Assembly: GCA_964291315.2 (NCBI GenBank)
Contig: OZ219752.1
Span: 299,968-363,967 of the forward strand
Direction of reading: 5' to 3'
DNA length: 64,000 nt
Source: Candidatus Poribacteria bacterium
GTDB taxonomy: Bacteria > Poribacteria > WGA-4E > WGA-3G
Both the position numbers and the translations under genes were made by a program. Shown here one piece after another: positions 17,717 to 28,190 of this stretch. Every line of letters begins with the position of its first letter. Positions within the stretch are counted from its first letter, which is position 1. The notes below the pieces were generated by a model. That model was not told where the DNA came from. It saw only the letters and a list, made by a program, of their open reading frames with translations, and did no database searches.

Positions 17717-19126
17717 CTATTCCAATAAGTAGATATGAATGGTTCTGTCTTTTGCCCGTGAGAATGCTGGCAATGTTTCTACAAGATGTCCACGTTTGCG
17801 GATCCAACTGCGAGCTGCCACATCTGCGTCAAAGACGTTAAAACTCGCCACGTCCACAATGAACCACAGTCGATCTCTTCCAGAAGTTTCCCATTGTTTC
17901 TCGAATTTTTCTGCATCGTCTAACAGCCCGCCAATGTAGACTGCGGTCAATTCTGGCAGATAATATCTTCCCATTTCAGGTTCCGAAAGGACCACTTTAT
18001 CGGTTGGTTTCTTCTCGGCTTGAATTGCTTCAAACGCCTCGCGCCATCTCGGTCGCCCACCGTTTTCAATCTGAAAGTAGAGATAGGTCTGTGAGAGTAA
18101 GGTTGCTATTAGAATATACGATAATACGTTTGCTTTTTTCTCTTCTGATTGATGTGTCGTTGCCTTCCAAACAAATTTTTCACACCCAACGCCAGCGAGA
18201 ATAAAATAAGCGGGAATAGTCCAGAATAAGTAATAGCCAGCGACGTTTTGAAACTTCGATGCCACAAGAAAGAGTAGAAGCGGGATACCCGCGTAACAGA
18301 ATAAAAAACGGGTCTGTTTGTTAGACAAGGTGGCGATGAAACCGACGAGGGCAGCCGCTGCTACTGGGACGCTTACTCCGTGTACAAGCGTTAGCACGAT
18401 ATACAATGGGCTCCGTTGCCATTCGTTGCGCCCCCACCCGGAAAAGAGGTAACTCCGAATTTGCGGAAGGATTAGTGCTAACACCGGTATTGCGAACGGA
18501 ACGAAGAAGAGAAGCAAATTTAGCCACCGTTTTTTGTTGGGGTTCTCTAATAGACAGATGGCCGCATAGACGGCTAATGCTGGTACGATCACAACGGAGA
18601 GGGTGTGTGAGAGAATTAGGCAGGAACAAGAGAGGAGCGCGCCTATGGTCAGAAGCGTCGAATTGCGTTCCAGAGACAGATAGAAGAGCCACGCTGTCAA
18701 TACTGCAAAAAGAAGCGTGAACACCGGATAACGGGCATTCTGTGTCCAAAATAGATGCCAGCTTGAACATGCCATAAAGGTGCTACTAAGAAGTCCAATT
18801 CGCCAATTGAATAGCGTTCGTCCTAAGCCAAAAACTGCGGGAATCGAAACAACCCCGGCTATACATGGAATGAGACGACTGCTCCATTCGTTGTCGCTTG
18901 AAAGTGTGATGGATAATTTCACTGCAAGATACGGAATAGGATTTGGCACATTCTGCCAATTCTTCAGTGAAAGTTTATGGGCATCTCTAAGGGTAAAGAC
19001 CTCATCGATCCAGAAGCTCCACTCGCCCAAATGCCAGAATCGGAGGAGTCCTCCGATCATCACAACAGCGCTCAAAAGCACAAAATGCTTTTTTTTTGGG
19101 CAATCTTTTGTTGAAAATTTCAGCAT
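17717..19126 (-). CDS. GT-C (PMT/ArnT-like) membrane glycosyltransferase
   Basis: LRFWHLGEWSFWIDE, SRL, WTQNARY and many transmembrane segments. Confidence 0.8.
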   Translation of the reverse strand: MLKFSTKDCPKKKHFVLLSAVVMIGGLLRFWHLGEWSFWIDEVFTLRDAHKLSLKNWQNVPNPIPYLAVKLSITLSSDNEWSSRLIPCIAGVVSIPAVFGLGRTLFNWRIGLLSSTFMACSSWHLFWTQNARYPVFTLLFAVLTAWLFYLSLERNSTLLTIGALLSCSCLILSHTLSVVIVPALAVYAAICLLENPNKKRWLNLLLFFVPFAIPVLALILPQIRSYLFSGWGRNEWQRSPLYIVLTLVHGVSVPVAAAALVGFIATLSNKQTRFLFCYAGIPLLLFLVASKFQNVAGYYLFWTIPAYFILAGVGCEKFVWKATTHQSEEKKANVLSYILIATLLSQTYLYFQIENGGRPRWREAFEAIQAEKKPTDKVVLSEPEMGRYYLPELTAVYIGGLLDDAEKFEKQWETSGRDRLWFIVDVASFNVFDADVAARSWIRKRGHLVETLPAFSRAKDRTIHIYLLE

Positions 19127-19313
19127 TTTTGTTAGAAGTCTGTTTCCTCGCTTTACGGTTAACGATTAAGGGTTGTCTATAGAGGGTTTGCGTTTATTGC
19201 AGTCATAGACTCAACAGCTGCTACTTGTGCACTACTTGCAGCTGACGTTTGCCAGCTCATAAGCCGATAACTGAAAAGTAGATTAATAAATGCCGTGCCT
19301 GCCGGTTGCAGAT

Positions 19314-19329
19314 TGGCACGCGTTTTGCT
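19314..19329 (+). promoter_or_regulatory. Sigma-54 (-24/-12) promoter
   Basis: TGGCACG-CGTT-TTGCT is an exact consensus match and lies upstream of the beta-barrel/amt cluster. Confidence 0.75.
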
Positions 19330-19528
19330 TTAAACACGAAAATAGGTGCACAGTAAGTGTCAATAAAAGTTTGCGGTTGGCAGGCGCGTGAGTATATCAC
19401 AAAATTATGCCGAAGTCAACTGATACCGCACTCAGTAAAACCTGAAAAGGCCCTGTAGCACTATGATTGTCCATTAATTAAATCACATAACATTTCGGGC
19501 GTGTATTGATGCCACAAAGGAGATTTTG

Positions 19529-20248
19529 ATGAAAACGTATGCATTTTGGTTCGTTCAATTGTTAGCAGTTGTCTGTATTTTCGCAGTCGGTACGACCCCT
19601 CTGCTCTATGCAGACGCACATGAAGCAGATGAAGAGACTGAAGAAGAGTCGTCAGGTGCTTCCGGTTGGTTCCGTACCGACACGGACGGTTTAGGAACCC
19701 AGATTTGGTTCGGGGCAAGCCATTCCCCAAGTTTTCTGGGTAGTCTTTCGCTGGATACCGATATCTACGTCGTTGATACGTTTGGTGAATTAGACATCGG
19801 AATCGGTGTGCCTGTTGCTGATAGCGACTCGCTGTCACTCAGCTTTCTGCCTATGGTCGGTATTGGATTTGACTATGCTGCCCCGAATGGTCCTTCTTCC
19901 TTAATTGCCCCGCAGCTATTTACGTATCTCACTGCTGGTTCTATCTATTTTGAGTCGTGGATACAAGGCTTCTTCAATACTATGTTTGACGAAGAAGCGG
20001 GGGATTCCCTCTACACGCGTGACTTTATTCTGTTGTCGCTCAATGATACTGTTTCTGTCGGCCCGCAAATAGAAGTAACGATTGATTTGGGAGATGATGG
20101 CGGCTTAGGGAGTATGGTGGTGGGCGGCCGCGCAAACGTGGCCTACGGTGAAAATAATACGCTCGGTGTTTTCGTCGGATTTGAGACGCAGAAAGAGGAC
20201 GATGAAACGGGAATTACCGGTAGAATGACCTTCCTCCGGACCTGGTAG
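19529..20248 (+). CDS. Putative outer-membrane beta-barrel protein upstream of amt
   Basis: Signal peptide, beta-strand pattern and C-terminal TGRMTFLRTW; clear paralog of the 16882 gene. Confidence 0.65.
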   Translation: MKTYAFWFVQLLAVVCIFAVGTTPLLYADAHEADEETEEESSGASGWFRTDTDGLGTQIWFGASHSPSFLGSLSLDTDIYVVDTFGELDIGIGVPVADSDSLSLSFLPMVGIGFDYAAPNGPSSLIAPQLFTYLTAGSIYFESWIQGFFNTMFDEEAGDSLYTRDFILLSLNDTVSVGPQIEVTIDLGDDGGLGSMVVGGRANVAYGENNTLGVFVGFETQKEDDETGITGRMTFLRTW

Positions 20249-20432
20249 GGCGCATATATTATTGTGCCGTTCATCGCGAACGCAAGTTCGCGCAAAGGCG
20301 ACATCGTTCGCGGTGAATAGGCACCGCCCCTCAACGGATTCCAGCAGATGACCTGATACGAGGACAAATATCGCGTCCATCACTCGCGATACTAGAGTCT
20401 AAACAAGTACTGACACAAGGAGATATTACAAA

Positions 20433-21782
20433 ATGAAGAAAAAGGTTGTTATAGTCGTTTTTACCCTCACGTGTCTATTAAGTTTGAACGTTTTCGCTTT
20501 AAATGGATCGATTGAGGAGGATGGAGCGGTTAAAAAGGTTTCTGACGCGCAATATATGGCGGACACGCTGTGGGTGCTTGTCGCTGCATTTCTGGTGTTC
20601 TTTATGCAGGCAGGATTCGCTATGGTGGAATCTGGCTTCACGCGTGCTAAGAATGCTGTCAACATTCTCATGAAAAACCTAATGGACTTCTCAATGGGGT
20701 CCATTGCATATTGGGCGATCGGTTTCGCTATCATGTTTGGCGCTGGCAACGCTTTCATGGGAACGAGCGGATGGTTCGTTCCCGCTGATTCTAAAGCGTT
20801 TAGTTCATTAGAATGGAGTTCTGTCCCGACACATGCCGCGTGGCTTTTCCAATTGGTGTTCGCTGCTACCGCGGCAACTATTGTCTCCGGGGCAATGGCT
20901 GAGCGTACACAATTTAAAAGTTACCTGATTTATAGCGTGTTCATCACCGGTATTATTTATCCGATTGTTGGACACTGGATTTGGGGAGGCGGTTGGTTAT
21001 CAAGTCTCGGAATGTCTGATTTTGCAGGTTCAACCGTCGTTCATTCCACTGGAGGATGGCTAGCATTAACTGGAGCGATTGTGCTAGGACCGCGCTTGGG
21101 CAAATATGATGCTGAAGGTAGATCGAGACCGATAGCCGGGCACAATCTTCCGCTTGCTGCGCTGGGTGTCTTTATTTTATGGCTTGGATGGTTCGGGTTT
21201 AATCCTGGTAGTCAAATGGCGGCAAGTGCGCCTGAGATTTCTGCTATCGCTGTAACGACAAACCTTGCCGCTGCTGCTGGTGCTATTACTGCGATGATTA
21301 CCGCGTGGATATTTCTCAAGAAACCCGATGCGGGCATGTCGCTTAACGGTGCACTCGCTGGATTGGTCGCAATTACTGCAGGATGTGCCTCCGTCAGTCC
21401 GGTATCGGCTGCGATTATTGGTGCGCTCGGTGGTATTGTTGTTGTTTTGAGCGTTCTGATGTTTGAAAAGCTTCGCATTGATGATCCTGTCGGCGCTATC
21501 TCCGTTCACGGTACCTGTGGGGCATTAGGCACAATCCTCCTCGGTTTTTTTGACAGTGAAAATGGGGTCTTATTTGGAGGAGGATTTGGACTGCTCTGGG
21601 CACAGATCGTCGGTGTGGTTGCCGTTTTCGTGTGGTGTCTTGTGACAGGCTTCACTCTCTTCTACAGTATCAAAGCTGTTACAGGCTTGCGAGTCACTGA
21701 AGAAGAAGAAATGGAAGGACTCGATTACCAAGAACACGGTGCAAGTGCATATCCTGACTTCAATGTCTCCTCAATACGGTAG
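20433..21782 (+). CDS. amt: Ammonium transporter
   Basis: FFMQAGF, AER, DFAGSTVVH, WFGFN and DDPVGAISVHG. Confidence 0.95.
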   Translation: MKKKVVIVVFTLTCLLSLNVFALNGSIEEDGAVKKVSDAQYMADTLWVLVAAFLVFFMQAGFAMVESGFTRAKNAVNILMKNLMDFSMGSIAYWAIGFAIMFGAGNAFMGTSGWFVPADSKAFSSLEWSSVPTHAAWLFQLVFAATAATIVSGAMAERTQFKSYLIYSVFITGIIYPIVGHWIWGGGWLSSLGMSDFAGSTVVHSTGGWLALTGAIVLGPRLGKYDAEGRSRPIAGHNLPLAALGVFILWLGWFGFNPGSQMAASAPEISAIAVTTNLAAAAGAITAMITAWIFLKKPDAGMSLNGALAGLVAITAGCASVSPVSAAIIGALGGIVVVLSVLMFEKLRIDDPVGAISVHGTCGALGTILLGFFDSENGVLFGGGFGLLWAQIVGVVAVFVWCLVTGFTLFYSIKAVTGLRVTEEEEMEGLDYQEHGASAYPDFNVSSIR

Positions 21783-21790
21783 ACACATTT

Positions 21791-21883
21791 TACCGATAGC
21801 TTTCAGGCTGCAAACCTAATAGGGACCGCCTCCAGGAAATATCTCGTATCTCTTGTGGGGTGTTCCCTCTTTTGCTATCGGTA
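21791..21883 (+). terminator. Long nested hairpin between the two amt genes
   Basis: TACCGATAGC...GCTATCGGTA outer stem, inner AGGGA...TCCCT stem, followed by T-rich sequence. Confidence 0.45.
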
Positions 21884-22206
21884 TTTCATGCGCTTTTTCA
21901 ACCGAAAAATACTGCTTGATACTGTTTTAACATTCTGCTAAAATTTGAATGGTTTTCGGTTCGATAATGATATAATACCCTTCTTGTAATGAGAACTGAG
22001 ACTACCCGTGATTGGCGGGGTCCAATTTCTCGACATCATTATTAAATCGAAAAACCCACAAATTTTGGATCTATATCTTCTTAAAAATTAAATCTCTCTT
22101 ATCAGGAAACAATTGAATTGTGATTGGAAAGATAGACAAAGCCGTTTGGTTTTATGGCAACAACAAGATAAGCGGTATCTGCTTGTCAATATTATGGAGG
22201 ATTCAG

Positions 22207-23574
22207 ATGCAACGACGATGTGCATCAACGTTTGCGAAAAAGCGATTTGGTTACCCGCGAATTGGAACGCTAATTGTAATACTACTAATTTGTGGTGTAC
22301 CAAGTTTGGCGATGGCACAAGAGGCCTCTGTTGATTCAGGCAATACTGCTTGGATGCTTACCTCAACAGCCCTCGTCCTATTTATGACTATTCCCGGGCT
22401 TGCTCTCTTCTACGGGGGACTTGTGCGGGTTCAAAATGTACTATCTGTGCTTATGCAATGCTTCGCCCTGACAGGATTGATTACTATCGTGTGGGTCGTT
22501 TGTGGATATAGTCTTGCTTTTAATACGGCTGGTATGGAGGAAGGGAAAATCACTCTCGGCTCTTTTGTCGGAGGGCTCGGCACTATGTTCCTGCGGGGTA
22601 TCGGCGTGGATACTCTCTCTGGAGATATTCCTGAAACCGTTTTTATTACCTTTCAACTGACATTCGCGATCATCACGCCGGCTCTGATTGCTGGGGCATT
22701 CGCGGAACGAATGAAGTTCTCGGCGATGTTAATTTTCTCTTTCCTATGGTCGATCATTGTGTATGCCCCCCTCTGCCACATGGCCTGGGCTGGCGACGGA
22801 TCGCTCTTTGGTGATATTATCGGTGCGCTTGATTTTGCTGGGGGAACCGTTGTGCATATTAATGCGGGGATCGCGGCATTAATCGCCGCTATCTTAGTCG
22901 GAAAACGGCTGGGTTACCAGACAACGCCGATGCCGCCTCATAGCTTGACGCTGACTGTTGTCGGAGCATCTATGCTCTGGGTTGGATGGTTCGGTTTCAA
23001 TGCGGGGAGCGCTCTTGCCGCTGACGGTACCGCTGGTATGGCGATGCTCGTTACCCAAATTTCAACCGCAGCCGCTGCTATTGCCTGGATGTTTGTTGAA
23101 TGGGCAAAACATGGGAAACCGAGCGTCTTAGGGATTGTAACGGGGGCGGTTGCTGGCTTGGTCGCTATCACGCCCGCTTCCGGTTCCGTCGGACCCATGG
23201 GGGCCTGCTGTATCGGTATCGTTTCAGGCGTGATCTGTTTCTGGGGCGCTACCAGCTTGAAAACCAAGCTGGGTTACGATGATTCCCTTGATGCATTCGG
23301 TGTTCACGGCATCGGTGGAATTGTTGGTGCATTATTGACAGGCATCTTTGCTGCAGAAAGTTTAGGCGGAGCTGGGCTGGAAAAGAGTAGCATCGGGATG
23401 CAGATTTGGGCACAGTTTCTCAGCGTTATTATTACGCTTGTTTGGAGCGGTGTGCTATCGTTTATCATCCTCAAAATTGTTGATGCCACAGTCGGCTTAC
23501 GTGTTGAAGAGGATGAGGAGCGCATGGGTCTCGATCTTTCGCAACACAACGAGCGCGGATATAACCTCTCTTAG
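22207..23574 (+). CDS. amtB: Ammonium transporter, AmtB type
   Basis: PGLALFYGGLVR, AER, DFAGGTVVH, WFGFN and DDSLDAFGVHG; GGAGG RBS before the ATG at 22207. Confidence 0.95.
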   Translation: MQRRCASTFAKKRFGYPRIGTLIVILLICGVPSLAMAQEASVDSGNTAWMLTSTALVLFMTIPGLALFYGGLVRVQNVLSVLMQCFALTGLITIVWVVCGYSLAFNTAGMEEGKITLGSFVGGLGTMFLRGIGVDTLSGDIPETVFITFQLTFAIITPALIAGAFAERMKFSAMLIFSFLWSIIVYAPLCHMAWAGDGSLFGDIIGALDFAGGTVVHINAGIAALIAAILVGKRLGYQTTPMPPHSLTLTVVGASMLWVGWFGFNAGSALAADGTAGMAMLVTQISTAAAAIAWMFVEWAKHGKPSVLGIVTGAVAGLVAITPASGSVGPMGACCIGIVSGVICFWGATSLKTKLGYDDSLDAFGVHGIGGIVGALLTGIFAAESLGGAGLEKSSIGMQIWAQFLSVIITLVWSGVLSFIILKIVDATVGLRVEEDEERMGLDLSQHNERGYNLS

Positions 23575-23592
23575 AAAACGGTTTTGCAATTG

Positions 23593-23647
23593 GGCACGGT
23601 GTGAAATCGCGCCTACAAATGTAAGGGCGGCCGACACAGGCCGCCCA
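23593..23647. repeat. GTAG-type REP-like palindromes between convergent genes
   Basis: GGGCACGGTGTGAAATCGCGCCTAC (reverse GTAGGCGCG...) and GGGCGGCC...GGCCGCCC. Confidence 0.5.
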
Positions 23648-23657
23648 ATATTTTCCG

Positions 23658-25682
23658 TTAATTAACTGCTATTGTTACCCGTGCAACTATCTCTTCGTGG
23701 GATAACCTACTTTTCTCCACAAACAGATGTTGACTTGCTTGTATATTGTCGTAAACTTCGGCGATCCATTTTGTGTTGAAGGCCTCGCCAGTGTTGTGAA
23801 TAGTCAGGGTGCGAGGAGCAATCAGGGTTCCCGCAGTCCGAAAATCTCCAACTTGTCGGATATTCGGTATCGGTAGGGTTTCCAAGAAGGCAGCATCGCC
23901 CTCAAGGTCGTGCTGCAAGTCAAATTCTGTCGCATCAGCAACAACGTTTTTCACATCCGCAAAGCCTGCCGCTAGTAGGCACCACAATCCGGCTTCGCCT
24001 ATTCCGACTAAATTCACGGCTGAAACGCCGTTTCTGCCTATAAAACAGTGCAGTGCTGTCACAATGTCTTGTATGCGGAGGGCGGCAGTCGTTCGGTTGT
24101 AAGTCGTAAAATAGTTGATTTCTTCCGCTCTTTCGTAATCTGGATGTTCACCTGTTCCAAAGACATCAATCAGAAGCACTTGCTGGTGAGCAATAAGTAA
24201 GTCTGTAATAATCGGTAGGGGTTCCCCTGTTTCTGGGTCAATTAATTTATTTTTTCCTTCTGGATGGACGACAAGAGCTAGATCGTGTTGCGTTTGTGAT
24301 TCCGGACTAAACAGAAGAGCAGGTATAGCGTCGCCTATATCTTTTCTGCCAATTACAAGGTGCCTTGCAGATAAGTTTGTTCGGTAAGTTGTTGGAAACG
24401 CCCCCGCTGGTTGAACAAGCGTTATATCTGTGCCTTTGGGAATCTGTAGTCCGAGTGCGTGTTGCAACCTGCTGCGTGTTTCCGCGTGGGATCTCTGGCG
24501 TTCCAATTCACTCTTGGGTTTCCATTTTTCTATTGCTTGCAGCGAACGATTCACCCAGGTCGGTAGAAACGCTTCCTGCTTCAAAGCGTGCTCGGGCATC
24601 TTGCGTTTGGAGAAAACCAGCAACGCATCATCTGGTTCTACTTGGAATGGGACCTCTTTGAATGCCGAAGGGTCTTTTGATCCTAAGAGCCATTTAGCAA
24701 ACCAAGCATATACTGCCTCGCGGCTCTCTTGGTTGTAATTATGTTCTGCGTTTACCTGAACCTGATGCACTTTATCTTCAGCGTCACAGTGAGCGTAGAT
24801 ACTTCGGATAGCGGGATATTCAACCGTTGGTGTGTTCGCTGTCCAATCGCCTGTAGCTGACACTAGTAGGAGCGGTCGTGGTGCCATCAATGCCCCAATC
24901 TCAATGTTGCTGACATCTAAACGGAGGTTTGGGGCGTTTTCGCAGAGACAACCGCCTTGCATTGTCGCTGAGATCATATTAACGGGGGCTGATACTTTGA
25001 TTCGTTGATCTATTGCAGTCAAGATGAAGGTTTGTGTTCCGCCGCCAGATGCTCCTGTGCACCCGATCCGTTCACTGTCAACATCTGGTAGACTCTCCAG
25101 GAAGTCTATAGATCGGATACCGTTCTGGAGTTGAAGCCCCATTGCACTTAAGCCCCAAAGCCCCTCGCGTGCCCCTCCATAATGGTGTTCTATCTGTTTT
25201 CCGCTGTCGTTGTAACCGAGCATATCATATGTAAAGATAACGTATCCTTGTTTGGCAAAATTAATACAACGCCCTGGAATTGAGCCGCGTTCTATATTCT
25301 CAAGCCTACCGCGTGCCCAATGTCCATGGGGACTCACGATCCCTGGAAATGGGCCGGATTTCCCGATCGGACGATACAGATTGCCTGTTGTGAAGAAACC
25401 CGGAAAGGGTTCAAAATAAACTTTTTCTACGCTATAATCTTCGCGCTCGATCCTTTCAAATATCTCTGCATTTAAGAGTTGCGGTTCGGGCCTTGGGACT
25501 AAACCGTTGGCAACCCGAATTTGTTGACGTAATGCGGCAGCTTTTTCTGTCCATTCTGCTTTCGTGTAACCCGGGAAGGTATAAAGTGTATTAAAATCGC
25601 GTGGTCTACTGCCACGTGCGTCGTTAACAACCTGCGAAGCCTCTCCAAAAACATGAGCAAGCTCGTGGTGTTGTTCAGTCAT
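23658..25682 (-). CDS. Acetylxylan esterase-like alpha/beta hydrolase with a duplicated fold
   Basis: VEKVYFE, PHGH, GCTGASGGG nucleophile elbow, GGCLCE and HNYN. Confidence 0.85.
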   Translation of the reverse strand: MTEQHHELAHVFGEASQVVNDARGSRPRDFNTLYTFPGYTKAEWTEKAAALRQQIRVANGLVPRPEPQLLNAEIFERIEREDYSVEKVYFEPFPGFFTTGNLYRPIGKSGPFPGIVSPHGHWARGRLENIERGSIPGRCINFAKQGYVIFTYDMLGYNDSGKQIEHHYGGAREGLWGLSAMGLQLQNGIRSIDFLESLPDVDSERIGCTGASGGGTQTFILTAIDQRIKVSAPVNMISATMQGGCLCENAPNLRLDVSNIEIGALMAPRPLLLVSATGDWTANTPTVEYPAIRSIYAHCDAEDKVHQVQVNAEHNYNQESREAVYAWFAKWLLGSKDPSAFKEVPFQVEPDDALLVFSKRKMPEHALKQEAFLPTWVNRSLQAIEKWKPKSELERQRSHAETRSRLQHALGLQIPKGTDITLVQPAGAFPTTYRTNLSARHLVIGRKDIGDAIPALLFSPESQTQHDLALVVHPEGKNKLIDPETGEPLPIITDLLIAHQQVLLIDVFGTGEHPDYERAEEINYFTTYNRTTAALRIQDIVTALHCFIGRNGVSAVNLVGIGEAGLWCLLAAGFADVKNVVADATEFDLQHDLEGDAAFLETLPIPNIRQVGDFRTAGTLIAPRTLTIHNTGEAFNTKWIAEVYDNIQASQHLFVEKSRLSHEEIVARVTIAVN

Positions 25683-26109
25683 TGCTAATTCCTCCGTTGT
25701 GAATCGTCAATCTGCCGCCCTGACCCCATATTTTGGCAGAAAGAATGTGTTACGTATCTGATGAAGTTGCGTCATCCAGTAATCCTGTCTTCATATTATT
25801 GGTAGTTTCCACAATATTTGCAAGGGCGTTGTTTTTTTCTTCTATGAAAAGGAAACAAGAGGGAGCACCTATAACAAAGGTGATGCAGAGACCGGCCCCA
25901 AGCTGGAGTCAGCAATGACAAGAATCGATGAGACTATTCCGAGACTTTGTTTGCAGTTATTGTATCAGAACTGCTTGCAATCCGTAGATACTCAGGCCCC
26001 GTGAAGGCAAGCTCCGAGGGATTCCGAGAATAATTGTGGTGCAACGCCAGGGAGAATCCTCGCTTTCCCGAACGCTTCATGATATAATACAGAAAGAAAG
26101 GAGAGACGC

Positions 26110-27384
26110 ATGAAAATTCTTGTTATTGGGCAAGGGGGACGTGAACATGCCCTTGTCTGGAAACTTGTTCAGAGCTCACTTGTTGAAAAAATCTATTGTG
26201 CCCCCGGAAATGCCGGCATCTCACAAATTGCGGAATGTATCTCTATGCCCGACGAATTTGTTGACTTGGCAGATTGGGCGAAATCGGAGGGTATCGCATT
26301 GACTGTTGTCGGGCCCGAAGCCCCGTTGGCTGAAGGGATCGTCGATGGGTTTCGCGAGCGCGGGCTAAAAGCTTTTGGACCCGATAGGCGCGCCGCTCGC
26401 CTTGAAGCTAGCAAAGATTTTGCGAAATGCCTGATGGCAGAGAATAGGATACCTACGGCTGCACACCGAACCTTCACGGATGCCGAGGAGGCCCTGGCAT
26501 ATATCGAAGATAAAAAAACACCTGTTTTTGTTAAAGCGAACGGACTTGCTGCAGGGAAAGGGGTTATCCCCGGACGCACCTTCGAACAGGCTGCGCAAGC
26601 TGTTACAACTATTTTGGTGGATAAGGCGTTTGGCGAAGCGGGCGATAGCATCGTGATCGAAGAAGAACTTATCGGAGAAGAAGCCTCCTTTACTGTTCTG
26701 ACAGACGGTACCTACTGTCTCCCTTTTGTTTCCTCACAAGACCATAAAATGTCACACGATGCGGACACCGGCAAAAACACTGGCGGGATGGGTGCGTACT
26801 CTCCGGCGCCTGTTATGACGCCAGAATTGCACAATTATGTAATGGAGCAAGTGGTCTATCCGACTATCAACGGTATGAGACAGATCGGAAGTGCCTTCAA
26901 AGGGGTGCTATACGTCGGACTTATGATTACGGACACCGGCCCAAAAGTGCTGGAATTCAACTGCCGTTTTGGTGATCCAGAGGCACAGGTGCTTTTGACT
27001 CGTCTCAAGAGCGATTTAGTGACTTTGTTGATGGCGTGTATAGATGGAACACTTGCCCAGCATGCTCATGTTGAATGGCATGACGACGCAGCAGCTTGTG
27101 TTGTTATGGCTTCGGGGGGTTACCCAGATCCGTACCAAACAGGCGAAATCATCACAGGCTTGTCGGAAGCAGCAGCCATTCAAGGAGTAAATGTTTTTCA
27201 TGCAGGCACGAAACACAGTGATCAAAATGTTGTCACCGATGGCGGGAGAGTGTTAGGTGTTACTGCAACTGCAGATGGATTACACAATGCTATTCAACGC
27301 GCATATCAAGGCGTTGCTGCTATTCAATTTGCCAATGCCCACTTCCGAAACGACATCGGATACCGGGCGCTGGAACGCCTTTGA
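26110..27384 (+). CDS. purD: Phosphoribosylamine--glycine ligase
   Basis: GGREHAL, VGPEAPL, GLAAGKGV, NTGGMGAYSP and EFNCRFGDPE. Confidence 0.97.
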   Translation: MKILVIGQGGREHALVWKLVQSSLVEKIYCAPGNAGISQIAECISMPDEFVDLADWAKSEGIALTVVGPEAPLAEGIVDGFRERGLKAFGPDRRAARLEASKDFAKCLMAENRIPTAAHRTFTDAEEALAYIEDKKTPVFVKANGLAAGKGVIPGRTFEQAAQAVTTILVDKAFGEAGDSIVIEEELIGEEASFTVLTDGTYCLPFVSSQDHKMSHDADTGKNTGGMGAYSPAPVMTPELHNYVMEQVVYPTINGMRQIGSAFKGVLYVGLMITDTGPKVLEFNCRFGDPEAQVLLTRLKSDLVTLLMACIDGTLAQHAHVEWHDDAAACVVMASGGYPDPYQTGEIITGLSEAAAIQGVNVFHAGTKHSDQNVVTDGGRVLGVTATADGLHNAIQRAYQGVAAIQFANAHFRNDIGYRALERL

Positions 27385-27533
27385 GATGATATAAGAAAAT
27401 TTGCAGACACTTGGATATCCGAGTTGCTTAAGTGAGGTAATCCGGCAAATCTTAAAATCTTGGAAACTTGATCCTGACAGACAAAGCAGCCTCTATTTGG
27501 GGCAATATATTAGTGTCGTAATGGAACGAATAA

Positions 27534-28052
27534 ATGGCAGCTGAACTTGCATACAAAATCGCTAAATGTTGTGCCCCGCAAGAGGGGGACGCGATCACTG
27601 GCTATTTCAAAGAGGATGGAACAATTACTGTCCATGGCACCGGGTGCAACGCAATTCAAAGTTTACGGACAGAACGACTGCTGAGAGTCACATGGAATGA
27701 GATCCGGACCACGCAAGCACTATCGAACGAGGTTTCTGTCCCGCCCGAATTCGCAGAACTTGATGAAACCGACTATTTCATACTCAAGCATCACCAAGAA
27801 TTTGGGATCGACTACTCTATTGTTGTTGCAGAAGCTTTAAGAGTTCCGCTTGAAGAGATGCAACAGCGACATCGAAAATTAAGGGAACTTGGCGGGCTAA
27901 AACGGGTGCAAGGACGTATAATTCAATATCGAAAAAATATCGTCAAAGGTAAATGGATTAAGCACCGAAACCACACCTACTATGAACTTACGCCAGAAGG
28001 CGGAACATGGATTGACGTTTTTGAAAATCAGCAAGCTACTGTTGGAAAATAG
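27534..28052 (+). CDS. RelA/SpoT zinc-finger-like domain fused to a DUF2250-like winged helix
   Basis: AKCCAPQEGDAITGY...ITVH...C, followed by GIDYS...PLEE...KHRNHTYYELTPEG. Confidence 0.7.
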   Translation: MAAELAYKIAKCCAPQEGDAITGYFKEDGTITVHGTGCNAIQSLRTERLLRVTWNEIRTTQALSNEVSVPPEFAELDETDYFILKHHQEFGIDYSIVVAEALRVPLEEMQQRHRKLRELGGLKRVQGRIIQYRKNIVKGKWIKHRNHTYYELTPEGGTWIDVFENQQATVGK

Positions 28053-28190
28053 ATATATCAAATCTCGGTATCTACCAAGTCGCGTAAGCTGTGAGTTTTG
28101 AAATTTGGAACTGCCCCTATAAAATACTAGAACCGTTGATTGCCGAGACGTACCCGTTGAAGGACTAAAACATACTAAGAGGGTTTTATC

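Noticed and set aside
25850-26075. Possible purine/ZTP riboswitch upstream of purD
   Set aside because: Some complementarity is present (GGATTC...GAATCC) but I could not match the conserved nucleotides of either riboswitch class.
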